Sequence record: SRR31156797_6322
DNA: 46,230 nt
Direction: 5' to 3' (one strand)
The notes below the pieces were generated by a model that saw only the letters and a program-made list of their open reading frames with translations, made no database searches and had not been told where the DNA came from. The position numbers were made by a program, and so were the translations under genes. Shown here piece after piece: positions 17,039 to 24,755 of this stretch (positions are counted from its first letter, which is position 1; every line of letters begins with the position of its first letter).

Positions 17039-17741
17039 CTTTTGTGCCTTTATTATTTAACAAACTATTTATTACAGAAAGAATTATATAAACCGGAATG
17101 ATAAATACTCCGGCTGTAAATTTAAACAAAATTCCCGCAGTAACCGACCAAATAACAAGAATTAAAATCAATATTCGCGTCGCCCCTTTCCATTGCTTAA
17201 AACTTAGCAAATCTATACGAGATACCAATAATACACTAAATACAATTACAGTAGGAACCACAATCAACCAATTGGCATATTGAATATTTTGTATAAGCAA
17301 TAGCGCAAATGAAACCTGAAATAAAGCATTGGCTGGAGTTGGTAAACCCTTAAAAGAATAGGCTTGCGACTCATCCACATTGAAAATGGCTAATCTAAGT
17401 GCTGAAAAAACACCTAATAAAAGTGGTGATAAAACTACTATAAGTTCCCAACTATACTCATCCAGATTTACCTTCCAAATAAAAGCTAGTATATTCATTA
17501 ACAAGAATGCAGGAGCCATTCCAAATGTAACTAAATCCGCTAATGAATCGAGCTGCTTACCTATTTCTGATGATGCTGAAAGTAACCGGGCTGCAAATCC
17601 ATCGAAAAAATCAAATAATGCTCCCAATAAAATTAATAGTGCTGCTATTTCATACTTTCCATAAAAACTTGCAACAATAGCTAAGGCACCTGAAAGCAGG
17701 TTCAATAAAGTAATCGTGTTTGGAATAGTTGAACGAATCAT
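17022..17741 (-). CDS. pssA: CDP-diacylglycerol--serine O-phosphatidyltransferase (CDP-alcohol phosphatidyltransferase)
   Basis: IPNTITLLNL, DFFDGFAAR..GKQLDSLADLVTFGMAP, LRLAIFN, FKGLPTPA; overlaps purS by 17 bp. Confidence 0.88.
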   Translation of the reverse strand: MIRSTIPNTITLLNLLSGALAIVASFYGKYEIAALLILLGALFDFFDGFAARLLSASSEIGKQLDSLADLVTFGMAPAFLLMNILAFIWKVNLDEYSWELIVVLSPLLLGVFSALRLAIFNVDESQAYSFKGLPTPANALFQVSFALLLIQNIQYANWLIVVPTVIVFSVLLVSRIDLLSFKQWKGATRILILILVIWSVTAGILFKFTAGVFIIPVYIILSVINSLLNNKGTKDEVHS

Positions 17742-17784
17742 CAAATTCAGGTGTTTTTTTTATATTTACTGCAATATTTAGGTG

Positions 17785-17792
17785 CAAATTTA
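17785..17792 (-). promoter_or_regulatory. Bacteroidota -7 element for pssA-purS
   Basis: TAAATTTG on the minus strand upstream of pssA. Confidence 0.5.
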
Positions 17793-17857
17793 AGTTAAAA
17801 AATACAGTTGCATAATTTTTGGGGTGTTAATCCCATATAAAAGAAAGAAACCTGTTT

Positions 17858-18928
17858 ATGTTTAAAAGATTCGCAATAATTTCCTTATCCATTTTAAGTA
17901 CCATTGGGTTATTTGCACAATCAGCACCCAAGTACAGTAATGAATTTTTGGCCATTGGTGTTGGAGCAAGAGCTTTAGGGATGGGTAATTCGGTTGTATC
18001 TTCAACCAATGATATTTATGCTACATATTGGAATCCATCAGGTTTATTGAATGCCAAAAATGATGTGCAAATTGGTTATATGCACTCTGAGTATTTTGCG
18101 GGTATCGCCAAATATGACTATGGTGCAGCTTCATACAGAATCGATGACAGGCAGGTAGTAGGGTTATCACTCATCCGGTTTGGGGTAGATAATATTCCTA
18201 ACACTCTGGAACTGGTTGATGCCGAAGGAAACTTAAGGTACGACAGAATTAAAAGCTTTTCAGTAGCTGACTACGCCTTTCTGGTTTCTTATGCCCGAGA
18301 TTTAGGCATAGAAGGCTTAAACGTGGGTGGAAATGTAAAGGTAGTACGCCGAATAGCTGGCGAATTTGCCAACGCATGGGGATTTGGACTCGACGTTGCA
18401 GCAACATATAACTATAAAGGATGGCAATTTGGAGCACTAGCGCGCGATGTCACTTCAACTTTCAATGCCTGGAGCTTTGAACAAAGTGAGTTGGAAGAAG
18501 CTTTTGAGCTTACAGGAAATGAATTACCTGAAAACTCCCTGGAAATTACACTACCGAAATTTATTTTAGCGGCTTCTAAATCATTTACTTTCAAGGAAAA
18601 ATTTACCATAATGGCTGAAGCCAACATTGATTTAACAACTGATGGTAAAAGAAATGTTTTGGTAAAAACCGATTTCATAAGTATGGATCCGCACTTCGGA
18701 ATCGAAATGGATTATTCCAAAATGTTCTACTTGCGTGGTGGTTTCCTTAACCTGCAAAAAGAACTCAAAGATGATAATGATAAAGAAAAATATACACTTC
18801 AACCAACGATCGGGGCCGGATTAAAAATTAAACGCCTGGCAATTGATTATGCTTATACCAACCTGGGTGGTGTTTCGCAAGTTCCATACTCGCATTATGT
18901 ATCCTTGAGTTATGGGTTTGATATGTAA
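17858..18928 (+). CDS. PorV/PorQ (FadL-like) outer-membrane barrel, T9SS-associated
   Basis: Signal peptide; KYSNEFLAIGVGARALGMG..YWNPSGL; C-terminal IDYAY..SHYVSLSYGF. Confidence 0.82.
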   Translation: MFKRFAIISLSILSTIGLFAQSAPKYSNEFLAIGVGARALGMGNSVVSSTNDIYATYWNPSGLLNAKNDVQIGYMHSEYFAGIAKYDYGAASYRIDDRQVVGLSLIRFGVDNIPNTLELVDAEGNLRYDRIKSFSVADYAFLVSYARDLGIEGLNVGGNVKVVRRIAGEFANAWGFGLDVAATYNYKGWQFGALARDVTSTFNAWSFEQSELEEAFELTGNELPENSLEITLPKFILAASKSFTFKEKFTIMAEANIDLTTDGKRNVLVKTDFISMDPHFGIEMDYSKMFYLRGGFLNLQKELKDDNDKEKYTLQPTIGAGLKIKRLAIDYAYTNLGGVSQVPYSHYVSLSYGFDM

Positions 18929-19007
18929 TTCCAAATAAGACAAAAAGGTCTGATTCTTATTAACAAAATCACGCGATAGCTGTTTCTCTCATACAAATAT
19001 TTTTGTT

Positions 19008-19898
19008 ATGAGTAATACAGATACCCGTAGATCGGGATATATTTTACAGATTAAATTTCTATTATTTAGTGCTTCCATTGTACCGGCATTACTGGTTGGA
19101 GTGCTAAACTATGGAACAAATTTTTCGCCATTAGATTGGTTGCTTGTGATCGTAGGTTTATTCCTCGGACAAGCCGGTGGCGACTACCTTTACTATTATT
19201 TCACCAATAACCATACAGATCAGCGTGACGCGCACACTAAAATATTTGCAGGATGGAAACCATTCTTTGCACAATATTTTAAAACGCAGAATACAGCCCT
19301 AATTGTTGGATTGATAGTATTAGCATCAAACCTATTCATCCTCTACTATTTCTATTTATCAATTGGATGGAAAATCCTTGCTTTTGCAGCAGCCGGAGGA
19401 CTTATTGCACTGTCATTTACCTACCTCATGCTCAAAGGATTTAAGGAACTAACCGTTTTCATCACATTTGGACCTTTAAGTATTGCCGGCGGCTATCTGG
19501 CTTTAACCGGTAAGATTGCACTGGAACCCATTTTAATTGCGATTCCTGTAGGACTCTTAATAACACTTGTTGCCTACTTAAAAGGAGCTAAAATTCAGGT
19601 AAGTGAGGATGGCCAAAATGTAGTTAGCATAAAAAACTGGTTAATTGATTCCTTGATTTACGGAGCATTTGGATCAATAGTTATTTTGATCGCCGGGAAA
19701 ATTTTACCGATACACAGTGTACTAGGACTGCTGGGATTAATTCCTGCAATGATGTTAAAGAAAAAAGTATCCAATGCCAGTGCTTCAATGGCGCAATACT
19801 TAAGTGCCACAGTTCAATCAATATTAATAATGATTGTTACGACTTTAGGAATAATGGCTGGTTGGATATTACAATACTACTACCATTTTAATTTATAA
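19008..19898 (+). CDS. UbiA/MenA-like prenyltransferase homolog with degenerate Asp-rich motifs
   Basis: TM layout parallels the downstream MenA-like gene (ASIVPALLVG, LKGFKELTVFITFGPL, EPILIAIPVG). Motif 1 reads GDYLYYYFTN and motif 2 is absent. Confidence 0.65.
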   Translation: MSNTDTRRSGYILQIKFLLFSASIVPALLVGVLNYGTNFSPLDWLLVIVGLFLGQAGGDYLYYYFTNNHTDQRDAHTKIFAGWKPFFAQYFKTQNTALIVGLIVLASNLFILYYFYLSIGWKILAFAAAGGLIALSFTYLMLKGFKELTVFITFGPLSIAGGYLALTGKIALEPILIAIPVGLLITLVAYLKGAKIQVSEDGQNVVSIKNWLIDSLIYGAFGSIVILIAGKILPIHSVLGLLGLIPAMMLKKKVSNASASMAQYLSATVQSILIMIVTTLGIMAGWILQYYYHFNL

Positions 19899-19914
19899 CC
19901 TTAAAACTTTAAAA

Positions 19915-20823
19915 ATGAAACTATTATATTGGACAAAAATATGGTTCAAAGCAGCAAGAGCACCATTTCTGGTGGTTAGCCTAATCCCTGCCATTTTAGG
20001 TGGAGTAATAGCATGGAAAGACGGAGCTTTTGACTGGACAATTTTTTTATTAACTACAATCGCAATTGTATTGGCGCATTCCGCAGCTGATTTCATAGAT
20101 GACTATTTTGACTATAAAAATGGTAACCTGGGCAATAAAGAAAAGCAATTTCATGATAGTCCATTGATTAGTGGTGAAATCACTCCTAAACAAGTAATTT
20201 GGGCAACCATTATTTGTTTGGTTCCTGCGGTAGCTATTGGCGCATATCTGTTTTATCTTATTGGATGGCCGGTACTTTTAATGGCTGGAATCGGAACATT
20301 TATCGTTTTCTTTTATACCTCGCCCCCATTCAGATTGAATTATCGTGGAGTGGGTGAAAGCTCACTATTTCTGGCTTTCGGACCAATGATTGTATTCGGT
20401 GTGTATTTTGTACTTACGCAACAATTCAGCTGGGAACCAATTCTTTTATCAGTTCCACTTGGAGTATTTACCATGAATGTAGGATTGGTGAGTAATACTT
20501 TTGACCACGATGATGATGTTAAATCAGCAAAAAAGACTTTCCCGGTTCGATTTGGGCAAGCTAATGCAGTAAAACTGTTAAACTTTGGAACCTTATTAGC
20601 TTTTGGAGTCATTATAGTTGCTGCCATATTCCAGGAAATATCATTATTGTCGCTAATTATAGTTTTATTAGCATTTCTTGCCTATAAAGTATCAGCAGAT
20701 ACTACAAAATATGAAGACTTAAATAAATATACTAAAGCAATGGGATCAGCCATTGCATTAACTTCACTTTCAGGTATTGTTCTAACTCTTGCCTATATTG
20801 GTGAAGTCTTGTTTATGAATTAA
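19915..20823 (+). CDS. MenA/UBIAD1-like prenyltransferase (UbiA superfamily)
   Basis: KAARAPFL, DFIDDYFD, YTSPPFRLNYRGVGE, FLAFGP, SNTFDHDDDVKSAKKTFPVRFG. Confidence 0.85.
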   Translation: MKLLYWTKIWFKAARAPFLVVSLIPAILGGVIAWKDGAFDWTIFLLTTIAIVLAHSAADFIDDYFDYKNGNLGNKEKQFHDSPLISGEITPKQVIWATIICLVPAVAIGAYLFYLIGWPVLLMAGIGTFIVFFYTSPPFRLNYRGVGESSLFLAFGPMIVFGVYFVLTQQFSWEPILLSVPLGVFTMNVGLVSNTFDHDDDVKSAKKTFPVRFGQANAVKLLNFGTLLAFGVIIVAAIFQEISLLSLIIVLLAFLAYKVSADTTKYEDLNKYTKAMGSAIALTSLSGIVLTLAYIGEVLFMN

Positions 20824-20848
20824 ATTAAATATTTATAAATAATAACTT

Positions 20849-20873
20849 AAGGGGCTCAAATGTGCCCCTTTTT
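20849..20873 (+). terminator. Intrinsic terminator after the prenyltransferase pair
   Basis: AAGGGGC-N8-GCCCCTT followed by a T-tract. Confidence 0.7.
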
Positions 20874-21052
20874 ATTTTCCAATCAATCTTCTTATTTGCA
20901 GACCATTAGATAATTAATAATACTATTCGTCACCTGTTCCTTTTGAAAATTGAATATTTTTTGATACTTTGATTTATGAATTAACACAAAATTCAGGTAA
21001 GTTTTGGTTACGAAAACTATATTTGATTTTTGGAAATTCAATATTCAATACA

Positions 21053-22513
21053 TTGAAAAAACTACCTTCATATCATGTACGAAAGGCCAGAAGAACACTG
21101 GTTATTGCCGTATTTGTTGCAGTCTCATTTGTGTTCATGGTAGGGAAAAATCAAAATGCCAAAAAGGATATTGAAAAAATTAATGTGCTGGAACGCATCA
21201 TAGAACGTGATACATTAATTGCACTTACAAATTATAACTCCATTAGTTATTTCAGCTATCGTGGCCGACCAATGGGTTTTCAATATGATATGCTCACTCT
21301 TTTTGCTAATTTTCTAGGTGTAGAGCTTCGTATTATAATCAATAACGATTTGGAAACTGCATTTGAAAAACTCAACAATCATGAGTGTGATGTATTGGCC
21401 ATCAACTTAGCCGTGACTAAAGACAGGGCTGAAAAAGTAAGTTTTGCTGCAGCATATGGCCAAACCAGACAGGTGCTCATTCAAAAAAAACCTTTAGGCT
21501 GGGAGAAAATGTCGAGAAAAGAAATAAACTCCTATTTAATTCGTAACCAATTGGATCTTGCAAATCGCAAGGTTCATGTGCAAAGTAAATCGGCATTTGC
21601 CAAAAGGCTGAATAATCTTAGTGACGAGATTGGAGCCAATATCGATATCATTGAAGTTGAGAACCATGATGTGGAACAACTCATCCGCCTGGTTGCTAAA
21701 GGAGAAATAAGCTATACTGTAGCAGATGAAAATGTTGCACGTTTAAATCAAACTTACTATCCGGAAATAGATATTGCCACACCAGTAAGTTTTCCTCAAC
21801 GCATGGCTTGGGCTGTAGCTAAAGATGCAGATCAATTTTTGTCGAAACTTAATTCATGGGTTTATACCTTTAAAAATGGACCTATGTATGCTCTACTTTA
21901 CAATAGATATTTCAAAAGTAAGAAGGCATCTGACCGCATTAAAAGTCAATACATGTCAATTAGTGGTGGTAAAATTTCACCATTTGATGAAACCATAAAG
22001 AAATACAGCAAAATTTCCGGATATGACTGGCGTTTAATTGCCTCAATGATATACCAGGAATCACGATTCAATCCACGTGTGGTAAGCTGGGCTGGGGCAT
22101 TTGGAATTATGCAACTCATGCCGGCCACAGCAAATTACTTTGGAGTAAATCGGGCATCCTCGCCTGAAATGCAAATTAGAGCAGGTTGCCGTTTTATTGA
22201 TTATCTGGATAGATTATTAGATGATGAAATTACTGATTCACTGGAACGAAGAAAATTTGTTTTAGCATCATACAATGTTGGTATTGGGCATGTAAGAGAT
22301 GCCCGTAGATTGGCCGAAAAGTATGGAAAGAATCCTAACATCTGGGACACACAAGTTGATAGTATGTTACTATGGAAATCAGACCCAAAATATTATTTAG
22401 ACCCTGTTGTAAAATACGGCTATTGCCGTGGTCAGGAGCCATTCGATTATGTTAAAGAGATTTTCAACCGGTACGAACATTATAAAAACGTTATTCAGGA
22501 AGATAACCTCTGA
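21053..22513 (+). CDS. mltF: Membrane-bound lytic murein transglycosylase F-like (SBP family 3 + SLT domain)
   Basis: YFSYRGRPMGFQYDM SBP domain; DWRLIASMIYQESRF, GAFGIMQLMP, LASYNVGIGHV. Probable start is TTG 21053, after a TATATTTG box at 21018-21025 (ORF track start 20969). Confidence 0.88.
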   Translation: MKKLPSYHVRKARRTLVIAVFVAVSFVFMVGKNQNAKKDIEKINVLERIIERDTLIALTNYNSISYFSYRGRPMGFQYDMLTLFANFLGVELRIIINNDLETAFEKLNNHECDVLAINLAVTKDRAEKVSFAAAYGQTRQVLIQKKPLGWEKMSRKEINSYLIRNQLDLANRKVHVQSKSAFAKRLNNLSDEIGANIDIIEVENHDVEQLIRLVAKGEISYTVADENVARLNQTYYPEIDIATPVSFPQRMAWAVAKDADQFLSKLNSWVYTFKNGPMYALLYNRYFKSKKASDRIKSQYMSISGGKISPFDETIKKYSKISGYDWRLIASMIYQESRFNPRVVSWAGAFGIMQLMPATANYFGVNRASSPEMQIRAGCRFIDYLDRLLDDEITDSLERRKFVLASYNVGIGHVRDARRLAEKYGKNPNIWDTQVDSMLLWKSDPKYYLDPVVKYGYCRGQEPFDYVKEIFNRYEHYKNVIQEDNL

Positions 22514-22525
22514 TCTCCCCCACAA

Positions 22526-23170
22526 ATGACAAGTCCAAAGGAAAAAGCACAAGAAATACTTCGATACCTTTTTATAAATGCCCACGGCGATTCAGCTGAT
22601 GCGATTAAAAAATATCAGGGATCAGAATTACCTGGATTTGGTATTATGTACCCTCAATTAAAAGAATTAGCCGAAAAATATAACCCTTCAAATGAAATAG
22701 CTCTTGAACTTATTACCAAAAATACACGAGAAGTCAGAATGATTAGTATGTTATTGACTATACCTAAATCAATGAGTGAAGAGCAACTTCAATTATTCAT
22801 AGATAACGCCTCCACTGAAGAGCTTAAAAACCTACTTGCGAGACATATTCTAGCTCCAATAATTCAAACAAAAGGTTATCGAAATATTGAAGATACTATA
22901 TGCACAGAACTAAAAATAAAAGCAACTACCCAGTATTTCAGAACCCAAAATGAACTACCTGAATTTTCGATCTGTATTCAATTAATCAATCATTGGTCAA
23001 AGCTAGAAGATCAAAATTTAAATGATGGGAAACACTTTGCAGAAGCTATTTACAGGTACCACCATGCCAAACGAAATGAATTGATTAATGCCCTCAAACA
23101 AATAAAAGCATCCAATCAGAAATTATCTAATGAAATTACAATTTGGATTGAAGATTTTCAATATTTATAA
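22526..23170 (+). CDS. Divergent DNA alkylation repair (AlkD-like HEAT repeat) protein
   Basis: FGIMYPQLKELAEKY..IALEL...TREVRMISMLL resembles the family N-terminus; the C-terminal half is helical but not recognisable. Confidence 0.55.
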   Translation: MTSPKEKAQEILRYLFINAHGDSADAIKKYQGSELPGFGIMYPQLKELAEKYNPSNEIALELITKNTREVRMISMLLTIPKSMSEEQLQLFIDNASTEELKNLLARHILAPIIQTKGYRNIEDTICTELKIKATTQYFRTQNELPEFSICIQLINHWSKLEDQNLNDGKHFAEAIYRYHHAKRNELINALKQIKASNQKLSNEITIWIEDFQYL

Positions 23171-23995
23171 CTTTTCAAAAATCCCTTTCATCAACTTTAC
23201 CAAATCAGCTTCAGCAACTCCTGCAATCGCTATAATCTCCTCTAATGTAACTGGAACCAAATTATCCGGATCACATTCATCAGTTAACACACTAATAGCA
23301 GCACTAGGCAAACCCATATGATTGGCAACTATTACCTCCGGAACAGTACTCATTCCTACAGCATCAGTTCCTAATACTCCAAGCATTCGATATTCGGCCC
23401 TTGTTTCCAGTGTTGGCCCTTGCATTGCAGTATATACACCTTCATGCAGTTTAACATTCAATTCTTTGGCAGTAATTCTAAATAAATTACATAAACCCTC
23501 ATCATAAGGCGCACTCATATCTGGAAATCTTGGGCCCCATTCGTCTACATTTGGCCCGATTAACGGATTGTCCATCAGTAAATTAATATGATCTGTAATA
23601 AGCATTAACGATCCTTTCTTAAAACTCAAGTTAACTGCTCCTGCAGCATTAGAAACAAATAATCTTGTAACTCCTAATTGCTGCATTACCCTTACAGGAA
23701 AAGTTATTTGCTGCAAAGTATAACCCTCGTAATAATGAAACCGACCCTGCATAGCAACCACAGCATGACCAAATAAATCACCAAAAATTAGTCTGCCCGC
23801 ATGACTTTCTACAGTAGACACAGGAAAATTTGGGATATCTTCATATGAAAGAGAAAACTTAACATCAATTTTATCAGCTAGCTTGCTTAGACCTGTGCCA
23901 AGAATTATGGCTGTATCAGCCTGAAAACCTTCTATGTGGCTATGTATATATGTATACGTCTCTTTAACTTGCTCTTTTAGAAAACTGTTTGCCAT
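23165..23995 (-). CDS. punA: Purine-nucleoside phosphorylase (trimeric type), copy 2
   Basis: AIILGTGL, STVESHAG, MQGRFHYYEG, SNAAG, GPTLETRAEY, GMSTVPE, VLTD. Confidence 0.92.
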   Translation of the reverse strand: MANSFLKEQVKETYTYIHSHIEGFQADTAIILGTGLSKLADKIDVKFSLSYEDIPNFPVSTVESHAGRLIFGDLFGHAVVAMQGRFHYYEGYTLQQITFPVRVMQQLGVTRLFVSNAAGAVNLSFKKGSLMLITDHINLLMDNPLIGPNVDEWGPRFPDMSAPYDEGLCNLFRITAKELNVKLHEGVYTAMQGPTLETRAEYRMLGVLGTDAVGMSTVPEVIVANHMGLPSAAISVLTDECDPDNLVPVTLEEIIAIAGVAEADLVKLMKGIFEKL

Positions 23996-24215
23996 ATTTT
24001 ATTTATTTTGAATGTGATACATCGAAATCAATTCTGAAATTATATTTTCACAAATATTAATAAAATGTGAAACTTGTGATAAACACTTTTTTATTTCAAA
24101 AAAAAAATAATTTTTGTATATGAAAATATAGAATTCGAGTAAATATACCTGAATTTTCAAATACATAGAATAATAATTTTAACCTTTAACTAAATTAATC
24201 CAAAATCAAAAGCAT

Positions 24216-24728
24216 ATGAAAAAGGGGACAACTGTTCTTTTTTTGTTCTTACTATTTTTAATAGTAGGTTCAGTAAAAGGGCAAAACGAAAAGTTTAAAG
24301 CACTTTTCTTATACAATTTCACAAAGTATATAGAATGGCCAGCCAACATGCAAGGTGGCGACTTTGTAATTGGCGTATTGGGAAATTCCGCCATTAAAAA
24401 AGAATTAGATGTTATTGCTTCAAAAAAGAGAATAAACGATCAACCAATTAAAGTTAAAATTTTCAGTTCAATAAACGACATTGGCTCATGCCATGTATTA
24501 TTCATTCCTCCCGGCAAAAGCTCCTCATTGCCTGAGGTTAATAAAAAAGTAAACGGGAAAGGCATTCTGGTTATAACTGACAAGCCAGGATTAGCGAAAA
24601 AAGGAGCTGGAATTAACTACGTGCTTAAAGGTGGGCATCAGGACTTTGAGATAAATAAATCTGTAATGAAACAACAGAAACTCAAAGTAAATTCTTCTTT
24701 GTATGCATTAGGACAAGTTATTAACTAA
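24216..24728 (+). CDS. yfiR: YfiR/HmsC (DUF4154) family periplasmic protein
   Basis: Signal peptide; KALFLYNFTKYIEWP, FVIGVLG, CHVLFI, LVITD, FEIN..LKVNSSL. Confidence 0.85.
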   Translation: MKKGTTVLFLFLLFLIVGSVKGQNEKFKALFLYNFTKYIEWPANMQGGDFVIGVLGNSAIKKELDVIASKKRINDQPIKVKIFSSINDIGSCHVLFIPPGKSSSLPEVNKKVNGKGILVITDKPGLAKKGAGINYVLKGGHQDFEINKSVMKQQKLKVNSSLYALGQVIN

Positions 24729-24755
24729 ACCAATTAAAATCTTAATTGAACTAAA

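Noticed and set aside
17800-17812. 13-nt match (AAATACAGTTGCA) to the hicAB operator region in the pssA/porV spacer
   Set aside because: Only one half-site is present and the match is AT-rich, so it is probably chance.
19008-19898. Calling the first prenyltransferase homolog a pseudogene
   Set aside because: It is a full-length intact ORF with a preserved TM pattern; only the catalytic motifs are changed.
24012-24080. Several TGTGA/TCACA words between PNP-2 and yfiR
   Set aside because: Orientation and spacing (TTTCACA-N13-TGTGAAA) do not fit a CRP/FNR site, and there is no further support.
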